From Candidatus Latescibacterota bacterium (lineage in GTDB: Bacteria > Latescibacterota > UBA2968): 64,000 nucleotides of DNA. The notes under the pieces are model-generated. The model worked only from the letters and a program-made list of their open reading frames with translations. It did no database searches and was not told the origin of the DNA. Both the position numbers and the translations under genes were made by a program. How positions within the stretch are numbered: position 1 is the stretch's first letter; every line of letters begins with the position of its first letter. Below, piece after piece: positions 39,768 through 49,070 of the stretch. Where the stretch lies: assembly GCA_965208125.1 (NCBI GenBank), contig OZ242320.1, positions 1,568,001-1,632,000 of the forward strand. Reading direction: 5' to 3'.

Positions 39768-40463
39768 ATGGCCAAATACGAAACCATCTCCAAACATCTC
39801 ATCCAGACCTATCCCAAAGACTTCATCCGATTCACGTTTGGACAGGGCGATGTAGAAGTCCTGGACATACTCGACACAGAGCAAGACACGGTTGATACAC
39901 GGCATACCGATAGCCTCATCCGCACCCATATCGCAGGTGAGGAGGCATTGATACACTACAAATTTCAAACCACTGACGACCCATCTATGCCACGCCTCAT
40001 GGCTGGCTATATTATGCGTGCGATTGGGCATCACGGTCTGCCGATTTATTCCAGTGTGATCTACTTGCGGCGCAGTGCAGGTCGGCGCGACCCGGGACGC
40101 TACATCCAGGAATGGCCCGGCTATGATATTTTGGTAGAATACAGAGTGATTCGGCTCAGTGAGATAGAAGGACAGGATATTCTCGATGGCGAGCCTTCGG
40201 GCTTGTTTCCGTTCGTGCCTTTGATGAAACGTCCTGCTGGAATGGATTCGGAGGCGTGGTTGCGTCACTGTGTTGATGCGACGAATGCTTTGCCGGTGGA
40301 TGAATCAATAAAAGTTGACCTTTTGGGTAGGTTGATGATATTGAGTGGGTTAGAGTATGATCCAACACTTATCAATCGTATTCTATCACAGGAGGGTCTT
40401 ATGGATGCTATTATGCGCGAATCGTCGTTTGCACAATACATTAAGCAAGAAGGCATTGAGTAA
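39768..40463 (+). pseudogene. Rpn/YhgA-like PD-(D/E)XK nuclease, probably decaying
   Basis: K.L...YPKDF, HTDSL, IHYKFQT (expected E is K), MPRLMAGY, YRVIRL, MRESSF..EGIE then TAA with Rpn-like sequence continuing in frame. Confidence 0.75.
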
Positions 40464-40592
40464 GGGGGTAGGCAACGCGCCATTGAAGATCTCCTTGCCT
40501 CATACAATGTGTTGACAATAGATCCTGGAAGACCTATTGTAAAAAAATTTTAAAGGGACACTTATCCAACCAACCTGAAGAGAGATGCAGCC

Positions 40593-40892
40593 ATGAAGGC
40601 CAGGACACTTAAAGATGAAATTTCCGCGTACAACAAATTGTGCGAAGAGGGCCTTGAGCTTGACCACTTTGGTAAGTGGATCATTATCTACGAAGGTGAA
40701 CTCAATGGGGTCTTTGATACAGAGGATGAAGCGATACTCGAAGCTGTCAAAAAATTCAGAGACCGCATTTTCTTGATCCTTCAAGTTGGGGCACCAGAAA
40801 GTCTATACAGAAGTGGATTACCTACTGTTTTGAGTGCTGCTCCCACTATTAAATTTGAGAGCGCACAATGCCAACAAAATCTACCAAAGTAG
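40593..40892 (+). CDS. DUF5678-like small protein
   Basis: EISAY...L..DHFGKWIIIYEGELNGVFDT.DEA...FLILQVG. Confidence 0.6.
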   Translation: MKARTLKDEISAYNKLCEEGLELDHFGKWIIIYEGELNGVFDTEDEAILEAVKKFRDRIFLILQVGAPESLYRSGLPTVLSAAPTIKFESAQCQQNLPK

Positions 40893-41002
40893 GATTTGAG
40901 AATCCGGATGATCTAATCGCATCAGGCCCAACAATGATGGTTCTTGTTGGGCTTTTTTATGATGGCACAACTGGAGATGTGGAAATAGAGGTTATGGGAT
41001 AG
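40868..41002 (+). pseudogene. Possible internally deleted partner (aspartyl-protease-like) of the DUF5678-like gene
   Basis: 44 aa; L...GPTMMVLVG directly joined to YDGTTGDVEI; no DTGA core. Confidence 0.4.
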
Positions 41003-41017
41003 ATTGAGAAAAAAAGA

Positions 41018-41080
41018 GAATGAGAAAAGGCTACGCCTCGAAAGACGTAGCCTTTATTGTTTGCCAGAAGTTATGGATTA
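41018..41080. repeat. 63-bp imperfect direct repeat with hairpin, copy 2
   Basis: Matches 39414-39476. Confidence 0.85.
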
Positions 41081-41150
41081 AATAAACGCGATGTGTGACT
41101 TCAAAAGTGAACAAGTCCGTAAATAAACTCATTGTGTTGCGTGTGTTCAC

Positions 41151-41239
41151 GCGACGAATGCTCTGCCAGTGGATGAATCAATAAAGATTGACTGTTTTGG
41201 GCAGGTTGATGATATTGAGTGGGTTAGAGTATGATCCAA
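41151..41239 (+). pseudogene. Fragment of a second Rpn copy
   Basis: Near-identical to 40278-40365, with a 1-nt insertion. Confidence 0.85.
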
Positions 41240-41289
41240 AGCATGACGAAATACAGGAACACCGCTATTTTCAAAAAACAAGGAGATAC

Positions 41290-42318
41290 ATGGAACGGCA
41301 GACATACGTGGTATTTCTTATACTTTTTATCTCCAGCCCAGTCTTCGCGCTCACGGGTCGCGTCATCAACCAGACCCTCAACCGTCCCGAACCCGATGTC
41401 GAAGTCTCGTACATCCTCCATGAGACTGGAGACGTCACCGTAATGCGCGACACCACCGACAGCAAAGGACAATTCATCCTCGACGTCCCCTCAGACCCGG
41501 GCGCCGAACCACCGCCCATGCTATTCGCCCGATACAACGGCATAGACTATCCCGGCAACCCGGCACCTGCGGGCGACACCGTTGACATCTCCGTATTTGA
41601 AACCACGGAATCCGACACCGCCATATCCCTATCTTCACACCACATCCTCCTCGACGCCCAGGCTGGCACAGTCACATATATTTTCATCGTACACAACCAC
41701 GGCGACCGCACCTACCTCACGGGCGGCGACCACGGTCACGGCCTGGAAATACCCCTGCCCGACGGCGTAACCGACTTTATCCACGCACCGCAAGGCGTAC
41801 ACCTGCACGATACATTACTCGTTGACCCGCGCCCCATCATCCCGGGAAATAGCCAGACCTTTTTTACGTTTTCCATACCCCCGTCCAACCGCATCGCACA
41901 ACGCATCACCTATCCCACCGCAGGCCTGGACTTGTTCGTCCAACCGGCCGATACCCCCGTCTCCACAACAGTACTTCGAGACCTCGGCGGCATAACCCTG
42001 GGCGATCATGTCTTTCAGCGCTTTGGTGCCGAACAACTCGCGCCCGGCACACAGATCGACATCGCACTCTCATCGTCCGAAATCACATCCAATTTACAAA
42101 CCCCAATATGGATTGCTGCTGCCAGTGTGGTCGCACTCGCAATCCTCGTCCTGTACATGCGCACGCTCAAAACAACGCCCAATCGGCGCACAATACTGCT
42201 CGAACAAATCGCCGACCTCGACGAGCGATATGAAAACGGCAACCTCTCGGAAACCGATTACAAAAACAGGCGCAATGCCCTCAAAGCCGAAGTCATTGAT
42301 CTTTCAGATAGCAACTAA
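41290..42318 (+). CDS. Ccm-associated exported protein (carboxypeptidase-regulatory-like beta domain, C-terminal TM)
   Basis: AGGAG RBS at 41281; GRVINQT, TTDSKGQF, LLEQIADLDERYENG; the ORF-track start lies within the Rpn fragment. Confidence 0.75.
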   Translation: MERQTYVVFLILFISSPVFALTGRVINQTLNRPEPDVEVSYILHETGDVTVMRDTTDSKGQFILDVPSDPGAEPPPMLFARYNGIDYPGNPAPAGDTVDISVFETTESDTAISLSSHHILLDAQAGTVTYIFIVHNHGDRTYLTGGDHGHGLEIPLPDGVTDFIHAPQGVHLHDTLLVDPRPIIPGNSQTFFTFSIPPSNRIAQRITYPTAGLDLFVQPADTPVSTTVLRDLGGITLGDHVFQRFGAEQLAPGTQIDIALSSSEITSNLQTPIWIAAASVVALAILVLYMRTLKTTPNRRTILLEQIADLDERYENGNLSETDYKNRRNALKAEVIDLSDSN

Positions 42319-43025
42319 TGAACGCGGCCATCGACATACAGAATACCACCCGCCGTTTTGGTCATATCACGGCCCTGCAAAACATAAACCTCACCGTACT
42401 AACGGGATGTATTTTTACACTCTTTGGTCCAAACGGAGCGGGCAAAACAACCCTGTTGCGCCTCATCGCCACACTATCAAAACCTTCATCGGGCGACATC
42501 TGGGTCAGCGGTATAAACACCCGGCGCAATCCGCATGAAATACGCAAAAACATCGGATTCATCTCGCATCAAACCATGCTCTACGACGACCTCACAGCGC
42601 GAGAAAACCTCGCATTTTACGGACGCATGTACGGCCTTCAAAACCTCAATACCCGAATTGAAGAAGTCCTCCTCGCCATTGGCCTGAAAGATCGCCAGCG
42701 CGACCGGATACACAAATACTCCCGGGGCATGAAACAGCGATTGGCCATAGCCCGGGCCATCTTGCACCACCCATCGACCCTCTTGCTCGACGAACCCTTC
42801 ACCGGCCTCGACACATCGGCTCAGTCGGTATTATCCAGCATAATCACCACCCTCAAAGCAGAAGGACGCACCATCTTCCTGGTCACACACGACCTCGCGC
42901 GGGGCCTCGCACTCGCAGACCGCTTTGGCATCCTCTTCCAGGGCCAATTAGTACACGAAGCATCGACAAAAGACATCAGTGAATCCGAATTGCAAACCCT
43001 CTACGAAAACAAAACCACCCTCTGA
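42318..43025 (+). CDS. ccmA: Heme exporter ATP-binding protein CcmA
   Basis: GPNGAGKT, YSRGM, LLLDEP; precedes ccmB. Confidence 0.9.
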   Translation: MNAAIDIQNTTRRFGHITALQNINLTVLTGCIFTLFGPNGAGKTTLLRLIATLSKPSSGDIWVSGINTRRNPHEIRKNIGFISHQTMLYDDLTARENLAFYGRMYGLQNLNTRIEEVLLAIGLKDRQRDRIHKYSRGMKQRLAIARAILHHPSTLLLDEPFTGLDTSAQSVLSSIITTLKAEGRTIFLVTHDLARGLALADRFGILFQGQLVHEASTKDISESELQTLYENKTTL

Positions 43026-43028
43026 AAA

Positions 43029-43700
43029 ATGCCTCTTTTCCTTACACAAACCCGCGCCATTCTCCAAAAAGATCTCAAAACCGAATGGCGTACCAGAGAA
43101 CGCCTCAGTGCCATGGCCTTCTTCGCATTTCTGATCGTCATCATCTTCAATTTCATATATGAACCCGGATCGCCAATCATAAAAACCGTAGCCCCCGGCA
43201 TCTTCTGGATCGCCACAGCTTTTGCAGGACTGCTGGGCCTCAGTCGATCTTATGCCATCGAACAACAAAACGACTGCCTGATGGGATTGCGCCTCACACC
43301 TGCGGACCCGGGAGCGATCTTTTTGGGCAAAATGCTGGGCAACACCCTCACCATGCTCATACTCCAGACACTCATCTTGCCCATCATCGTCATCTTTCTC
43401 AACTTGGAAATCGCACAGGCACTCCCGCGTCTAATCCTGCCCATCTTGCTGGGCACCCTCGGCCTTGCAGCCATTGGCACCCTCTTCTCTGCCATGTCGC
43501 TCAACACCCGCCTGCGAGAAGCCTTCTTGCCCCTGCTCACACTGCCCATCTTCATCCCGGCACTCCTCGCAGCCATCGAATCCTTTCGCGCAGTTCTCGA
43601 AGGCAGTGAAATCACAGACTGGCTCGTACTCAGCGGAGCCTTTGTCGCGCTCTACATCGCCGCCTGCCTGCTCTTATTCGAATATGTCCTGGAGGATTAA
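43029..43700 (+). CDS. ccmB: Heme exporter CcmB
   Basis: KDLKTEWR, PGIFWI, IFLGK, LPLLTLP. Confidence 0.92.
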   Translation: MPLFLTQTRAILQKDLKTEWRTRERLSAMAFFAFLIVIIFNFIYEPGSPIIKTVAPGIFWIATAFAGLLGLSRSYAIEQQNDCLMGLRLTPADPGAIFLGKMLGNTLTMLILQTLILPIIVIFLNLEIAQALPRLILPILLGTLGLAAIGTLFSAMSLNTRLREAFLPLLTLPIFIPALLAAIESFRAVLEGSEITDWLVLSGAFVALYIAACLLLFEYVLED

Positions 43701-43702
43701 CA

Positions 43703-44380
43703 ATGCCCCAAAAACCCTACATCCTTCCATTTGTCTTCGGCATCCTCGCGCTCATCTGCCTATCTATCGCGCCCTATCTGGTATTCGTTTACGCCGGAAT
43801 AGAAAAAGAAATGGGACTGGCACAAAAAATCTTCTACTACCACGTCCCATCTGCTTTCTCAATGTTCCTGGGCAGCTTTCTCTGCTTTGTCTTTAGCATC
43901 TTCTACCTGTGGAAACGCGACAAAAACTGTGACCTGTGGGCTGCTTGCTCAGCCGAAGTGAGCCTGCTCTTTAGCACCCTGGTCTTAATCACAGGCGCGA
44001 TCTGGGCAAAACCCATCTGGGGCGCGTGGTGGGTCTGGGATGCACAACTCACACTCACACTCATACTCTGGCTCACTCTCGCGGCGTATCACATGTTGCG
44101 CGCCTACCTCGAAGATCCGGTTCAAAGTGCGCGCTTCCGCGCAGTACTCGGCATAATCGGCTTCCTCAACGTACCCTTCATCCATTACGCCACCAAACTG
44201 TGGCGCACGCACCATCCCGAAGTGGTTCGCGGCGAAGAAATCAGCCTGCCACCCGACATGAAAGCGGCCTTCTTCTTTTGCGTCATCACCTTCTTCGCGC
44301 TCTTTTTTGCCCTGCTCTTCAAACGCGTATCGCTCGCAAAAGCACGGGACGAACTCGAATCGCTCAAAGCCGAAATATAA
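43703..44380 (+). CDS. ccmC: Heme exporter CcmC
   Basis: IFYYHVPSA, WAKPIWGAWWVWDA, WRTHHP. Confidence 0.93.
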   Translation: MPQKPYILPFVFGILALICLSIAPYLVFVYAGIEKEMGLAQKIFYYHVPSAFSMFLGSFLCFVFSIFYLWKRDKNCDLWAACSAEVSLLFSTLVLITGAIWAKPIWGAWWVWDAQLTLTLILWLTLAAYHMLRAYLEDPVQSARFRAVLGIIGFLNVPFIHYATKLWRTHHPEVVRGEEISLPPDMKAAFFFCVITFFALFFALLFKRVSLAKARDELESLKAEI

Positions 44381-44398
44381 CTTTTTCCGGAGGAACTT

Positions 44399-44548
44399 AT
44401 GCAACACCTCGAATACATGACCGCGGCGTACATCATAATATGGGTCGCCATCTTGCTCTACTTTTTGAGCCTATCCAAACGCGAAAAAGCAATCTGGGAA
44501 GAACTGCGCGAATTGCGCGCCACCATCAACAAAGACAACACCCCATAG
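44399..44548 (+). CDS. ccmD: CcmD-like small membrane protein
   Basis: GGAGG RBS; MQHLEYMTAAYIIIWVAILLYFLSLSKREK...; 49 aa, directly after ccmC; not in ORF track. Confidence 0.8.
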   Translation: MQHLEYMTAAYIIIWVAILLYFLSLSKREKAIWEELRELRATINKDNTP

Positions 44549-44551
44549 CCC

Positions 44552-45355
44552 ATGGCCATCAAAAACGCCAAAAAAATTCTGAACCTGAAACGCCGCAAAA
44601 TGCGTCAGGCAGAACAAAAATATCTCATAGAGGGCATTCGCCTCTGCGAAGAAGCACTCAAAAGCAGCGACACCCTCGAACAACTCATCTTCTGTCGCGA
44701 AAGCATCGCCCGCAACACGCGCCTCGAAAACCTCTACCAGGCAACTCTCGCACAACACATCCCCATCCAGCAAACCGACTGGCGCGCCTTCAAACACATG
44801 TCAGACACAGACACACCGCAAGGCGTACTCGGCGTGGTATCAATGCCGACCTGGGACCGCAAAACCGTCCTCAACACCAATGGTCCATTCCTCATCCTCG
44901 ACCGCATCTCCGACCCCGGCAACCTGGGCGTCATCATGCGAACAGCCGAAGCCGCCGGATGCAAAGGCATCTTTCTCACCCGCGGATCCGTCGAAGTCTA
45001 TAACCCCAAAGTCGTGCGCGCCACCATGGGCACCATCTTTCGCATGCCCGTCTTTCCCCTCCAGGACGGACCCGCCCTATTACACCAACTCCACCAGCGC
45101 AACATCCAGATCATCGCAGCACACACCAGCGGCATATCCTTCCACAAACTCCAAACCCAAAAACCCGTTGCCCTCCTCCTCGGCAACGAAGCTTTTGGCA
45201 TCGATCCCGCCATCCTCGCCCTATCCGATCACACCGTCACCATACCCATGGCCGCCCCGGTCGAATCGCTCAACATCGCAGTCGCAAGTGGCATCCTCCT
45301 CTATCAAATTCAACACATCGGGACGGCACAGGGGCCGTCCCCTACACCTGAATGA
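44552..45355 (+). CDS. TrmH/SpoU-family RNA methyltransferase
   Basis: TPQGV, DPGNLG..MRTA, GNE..GI, ESLNIAVA. Confidence 0.93.
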   Translation: MAIKNAKKILNLKRRKMRQAEQKYLIEGIRLCEEALKSSDTLEQLIFCRESIARNTRLENLYQATLAQHIPIQQTDWRAFKHMSDTDTPQGVLGVVSMPTWDRKTVLNTNGPFLILDRISDPGNLGVIMRTAEAAGCKGIFLTRGSVEVYNPKVVRATMGTIFRMPVFPLQDGPALLHQLHQRNIQIIAAHTSGISFHKLQTQKPVALLLGNEAFGIDPAILALSDHTVTIPMAAPVESLNIAVASGILLYQIQHIGTAQGPSPTPE

Positions 45356-45390
45356 TTTTAACCGTAGGGGCGGTGCCCCCGTGCCCGCCC
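45320..45390. repeat. Inverted pair of GTAG-family REPs
   Basis: Same arms as 29190-29266; overlaps the methyltransferase 3' end. Confidence 0.85.
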
Positions 45391-45402
45391 GTCAGATGGC
45401 AT

Positions 45403-45437
45403 AAAAAAACCCACCCGCCATCCTCGCGAGTGGGTTT
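45403..45437. terminator. Terminator between convergent genes
   Basis: AAAAAAACCCAC.CGC....GCGAGTGGGTTT. Confidence 0.6.
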
Positions 45438-45457
45438 CTGTCGTAATCATCGTCTCA

Positions 45458-46495
45458 TCAATCAAATTCCGAAAGCTTGACCGTGCGTCCCTCTGACGCC
45501 GAAAGATCTGCGGCAAAATTGACGCGGTGGGTCTCAAAAGCAATATCAAAATTCGTACGCTCCATCGGCTCATTCGCATTGATACCATCCACGAACGCCT
45601 GGAACTGTGGCTCATAGGGATGATCTGCCACATCGCCAGAGTCAATCAGCGACGTCTCCAGCGTACTCCATCTCTCTTTGCTCATGCCGTGCAACTTGTG
45701 CGAATAGATGCGATTGTCCAGCAAGCTACCTTCGGAACCGACGAGATGAATATGAAAATAATACGGCTGCAAACAATCGACACACGAAGTCACCTTTGCC
45801 GCATTGCCATTGGCAAATTTGAGAAGAGAAACCGTGGTCGTATCGTATTCATAAGGTTCAAAAATATCGGACCTCGATCTCGTAGCCAAACTGGTCACCT
45901 CCTCCACATCGCCATCCATAAAAAACAGACACGCATCCAGAGCGTGACACCCTGCGGTGAGCAAACTTGACCCGGCAAAATCCTTCTTCACATTCCATTC
46001 AAATTGCCCATACCAGGGACCAATGCCGTGGTAGTAATCAACCTCGCCATAGTGCAACTCGCCGAGCAACCCCTCGTCAATAATCGAGCGGATCATAGAA
46101 AAGTGCGCGCTAAAGCGACACTCAAAACAAACACATGATTGCACACCGGCTGCTACAATCGCATCGCGCACCCGTTTGAGATCCTCGTAAGACAGACATA
46201 TAGGCTTTTCAATCAGCAAATGTTTGCCCGCCTCGGCAGCCGCAACCGCCTGATCGGCGTGAAATTTGTGTGGCGTACAAATATCGATAATATGAATATC
46301 GGGATCTGCGATCATCTCATCGTAATTCTTATACGCCTTCAAAGGCGTGCCGTATTGTGCCGCAAGATCATCTTCGTTGTGATCCCGGCGAGAACATATC
46401 GCCGTGACATTTGCACCATTGACCGCCTTAAAAGTATCAATATGTGCCCCAGCTACCCAGCCGAGTCCAACAATGCCGACATTGAGATCGCTCAT
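45458..46495 (-). CDS. Gfo/Idh/MocA oxidoreductase
   Basis: [26 protein letters not shown]. Confidence 0.93.
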   Translation of the reverse strand: MSDLNVGIVGLGWVAGAHIDTFKAVNGANVTAICSRRDHNEDDLAAQYGTPLKAYKNYDEMIADPDIHIIDICTPHKFHADQAVAAAEAGKHLLIEKPICLSYEDLKRVRDAIVAAGVQSCVCFECRFSAHFSMIRSIIDEGLLGELHYGEVDYYHGIGPWYGQFEWNVKKDFAGSSLLTAGCHALDACLFFMDGDVEEVTSLATRSRSDIFEPYEYDTTTVSLLKFANGNAAKVTSCVDCLQPYYFHIHLVGSEGSLLDNRIYSHKLHGMSKERWSTLETSLIDSGDVADHPYEPQFQAFVDGINANEPMERTNFDIAFETHRVNFAADLSASEGRTVKLSEFD

Positions 46496-46551
46496 GAAAG
46501 CCTCCGTGATTAAATGGGGGATGTATAATTCATTTGTTGTGGTGAAACGAC

Positions 46552-46790
46552 CTATAAAGTTTTTTTAAAATTTTTCTTTTCATGCCTTCGGCGACCTACT
46601 TTTTTTCAGCAGCAAAAAAAAGTAGGCAAAAAATGCCGCTCTCAGACGCCGAGGGGCTGGCACAGCGCAAACCGTTTTTGTGATAATACGCCATGCTGTG
46701 GCCTGCACCCTTGGAATGGAATAACAATGTCCGCTGCGAGACGGACTCACGCGCTGTGTCGATGACTTGAGACTTTGACCAGTACTATAG
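46552..46790. repeat. Structured intergenic element (MITE- or ncRNA-like)
   Basis: Hairpin CCTACTTTTTTT-CAGCAGC-AAAAAAAAGTAGG, GGCA..TGCC and ACAGCGC..GCGCTGT pairings, CTATA at both ends; single copy in this window. Confidence 0.4.
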
Positions 46791-46792
46791 TT

Positions 46793-47110
46793 TCAGGCGA
46801 GGGTTTTTTCATATAGTACTTTGCCTTCTTTCAGGGCGGGATATAATACTGTGCCCACAGTGTTTCCGAATTTTGCAACCTCTTCGGGCGAGACAATAAT
46901 AATATCCTTTGGTACATGGATATCGTGAAGGGCAATGCCTATAGCGACGCGCTCCTTGCGTTTAGAACCTTCTATTTTTTTGATGACCAAAAGATCAATA
47001 TCACTGTCCGAGACAGCGGTTCCCCGTGCATGAGAACCAAAAAGAACGATCTTTATGGGATTGAATTGTTCGATAATTCTGCGCGTCATTTCTCGAATGG
47101 CTGTTTCCAT
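46793..47110 (-). CDS. Minimal nucleotidyltransferase (MNT) with no intact adjacent HEPN
   Basis: VLFGSHARG, DSDIDLLV, KEGKVLYE. Confidence 0.9.
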   Translation of the reverse strand: METAIREMTRRIIEQFNPIKIVLFGSHARGTAVSDSDIDLLVIKKIEGSKRKERVAIGIALHDIHVPKDIIIVSPEEVAKFGNTVGTVLYPALKEGKVLYEKTLA

Positions 47111-47125
47111 AACCGCAACCTTACA

Positions 47126-47308
47126 TTAGGGTTTGGGTATGGGTTTACCCAATTCGCTATAGGCTTGTATCATCTCGTTGAGCGCATCTTGTAGTAATTC
47201 TGTGCATTCTTGTAGCGTCGCCCCTTCCGTCACCACTTCTGGCCAATCCAAAAGCTGCCCCATATAACCCGACGGAATTGGCATATAGCAAGCATTGTAT
47301 TGTTTCAT
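47126..47308 (-). CDS. HicB-like antitoxin, short, no adjacent HicA
   Basis: GYMGQLLDWPEVVTEGATLQEC..L.DAL...Y.ELGKPIP. Confidence 0.8.
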   Translation of the reverse strand: MKQYNACYMPIPSGYMGQLLDWPEVVTEGATLQECTELLQDALNEMIQAYSELGKPIPKP

Positions 47309-47373
47309 TTTAATCGCCTGAGTTTGAGCCGGAGTTTTTTTACCCCGGCTCATTTATTTTCAGCATCCCCAAT

Positions 47374-47613
47374 TCACGAAATCCGGCTTTGAATATGCGG
47401 TTGAATTTCCTCGTATTCTGGAAAGCGTTTCTCCTTGAGTTTGGAGAACACCAGTTCGCCATCAACCGTAACCTCAAAGCGACCACCACTGGACGGAATC
47501 AGGGTAATAGCTTCGATATCCTGCTTAAACGCATTGACAATTTGATCCGTCATCCCGACGGATTGTGGTTCATAGCCTCAAGATGCGCAATATTCAATTT
47601 CTATCCGGGCCAT
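47374..47613 (-). CDS. SelW/SelT/SelH (Rdx)-family selenoprotein, 79 aa, Sec at codon 12
   Basis: AGGAGG RBS; MARIEIEYCAS-TGA(47580-47578)-GYEPQ...LIPSSGGRFEVTVDGELVFSKLKEKRFPE; CxxU plus Rdx C-terminal signature in one frame. Confidence 0.9.
47545..47563 (-). promoter_or_regulatory. Bacterial SECIS-like hairpin
   Basis: ATCCGTC-GGGAT-GACGGAT; stem begins 14 nt after the UGA, G-initiated loop 21 nt after it. Confidence 0.75.
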
Positions 47614-47702
47614 GTGACGCCTCCTTTTGAAAAGAGTGGAGAGAGAATGAGCAACCTTGTTAAAGAGGCTCTTCGACATATCATGCCTCCCATTATAACC
47701 AA

Positions 47703-48461
47703 TTAAAAAACCGCTTGCCTAAAAAATGTACCCGTGCGTTTCGGCAAAAAAGACGCGAGATCATCAAAATTGAGATCCACGCCCAAATCTCTTGCCGCGT
47801 GGCGGATGTTATGCCAGCAATCCGCACAGTCATCTCCGGCGAGCAACCCATCGACCTGCCTCGAAAATTCCCTCGCCTCACGGCGATCCACAGGGAAAGG
47901 ATAATCAGCCGTGCGGAAAAAGTCACCAACAAAATCATAGTGCCGCCGACGTTCTCTGGAAAAATTCGCATCCTTGCGATGTACAGAAAGCCATTCTGCC
48001 GCGCGGATGAGATGATAACCAAAATACGCCATTGCCGGATTGGAAATCCGCGCCTTATTGTGCCTGGGACTCTCCACATGCACACTGCGAATAACCGGAC
48101 CGGGCCAATAAATATCCTTGCGATACCGCTCCGTGCGGCGATCATATCCAAAGCCATCGAGTACAAAACCACTCGTCGAGCGAATCGTCAGCGCCAAACG
48201 CTTTTGCGAAAACCGATCGGGCTGCCGCATCAGGGCTTCACGCGTAAAATCTGGAATCCCAAACAGCGCGCTATACGCATAACAGAACACGACATAAGCA
48301 TGTGACACCGGCAACCAGAACACCTCACCGAGCCGTCGGGACAGGGCATCGTATTTCTCATCCAGAAAAAACCGCCCATCCGACAGCGCATCAGCCACAC
48401 ACACCGGTTCTGTAGAAAACGCATCGACAAGATTCTGGATAATATCGCGGTTATTTTTCAT
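47703..48461 (-). CDS. Hypothetical protein, possibly MpaB/DUF2236 (Lcp-like) heme oxygenase fold
   Basis: KRLALT...VIRSVH...ISNPAMAY...W...ERRRHYDF...YPFP resembles the family pattern; by-eye only. Confidence 0.45.
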   Translation of the reverse strand: MKNNRDIIQNLVDAFSTEPVCVADALSDGRFFLDEKYDALSRRLGEVFWLPVSHAYVVFCYAYSALFGIPDFTREALMRQPDRFSQKRLALTIRSTSGFVLDGFGYDRRTERYRKDIYWPGPVIRSVHVESPRHNKARISNPAMAYFGYHLIRAAEWLSVHRKDANFSRERRRHYDFVGDFFRTADYPFPVDRREAREFSRQVDGLLAGDDCADCWHNIRHAARDLGVDLNFDDLASFLPKRTGTFFRQAVF

Positions 48462-48893
48462 GCATCGTTTTCCGATTGTGACACTTCAGAGGATGCTTCA
48501 GTTGAGGCATTATTGAGAAGCTGCTCGACATGATCATAGAGCCTTTGTGCTTGTTCCGATGCATCAGAACGATCTAAAGGGGTCATCCGTCATTTCAGCG
48601 GCATCGTATCGAAAATTAACAGCATATGCTGTATATTCGACCAGATCCCAAAATGACTCGACATCACATCCATTCTCTTCGAGAATCGCAAGCAATCTCG
48701 CGATATTGTGGTTTAATGGGAACGCAACGCCAATAGCGATAATCCAGGCTTTTAACGATTTCGCTATCGTCTGCTGAACATGAAAACCAAAAATTTCATC
48801 ATCAAATACTGTCGCATCATCCATGCCTTTTAATGCACGCAAATTTTTTTCCGCCATCGAGAGCATAGCACGCGCCTCATCAACCTCGTTCAT
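48458..48893 (-). pseudogene. HEPN-domain gene with a +1 frameshift
   Basis: GFHVQQTIAKSLKA, HNIARL, YAVNFRY; removing one base at ~48577 extends it as PLDRSDASEQAQRLYDHV...* to an ATGA overlap with 48461. Confidence 0.75.
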
Positions 48894-49069
48894 AGAGTAC
48901 TATTCCTTCTTTCTGATTCTTTGGAATCAGCGAATTTGTATTTACCAGATCGCCTGAATTCTTTCTCTATCTTCTGGTAATGGGCGACCAATTGTCCAAT
49001 ATCGTGTCCAAATCTCGCTGAAATTTCATGTCGGATTCTGCGAACTTCATTAATCTCTTTATTTCTCAT
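48890..49069 (-). CDS. Orphan small protein resembling partners of PIN-domain toxins
   Basis: MRNKEINEVRRIRHEISARFGHDIGQLVAHYQ. Confidence 0.55.
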   Translation of the reverse strand: MRNKEINEVRRIRHEISARFGHDIGQLVAHYQKIEKEFRRSGKYKFADSKESERRNSTL

Positions 49070-49070
49070 T

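Noticed and set aside
47389-47706. 105-aa plus-strand ORF
   Set aside because: Shadow of the minus-strand selenoprotein, which has an RBS and family motifs
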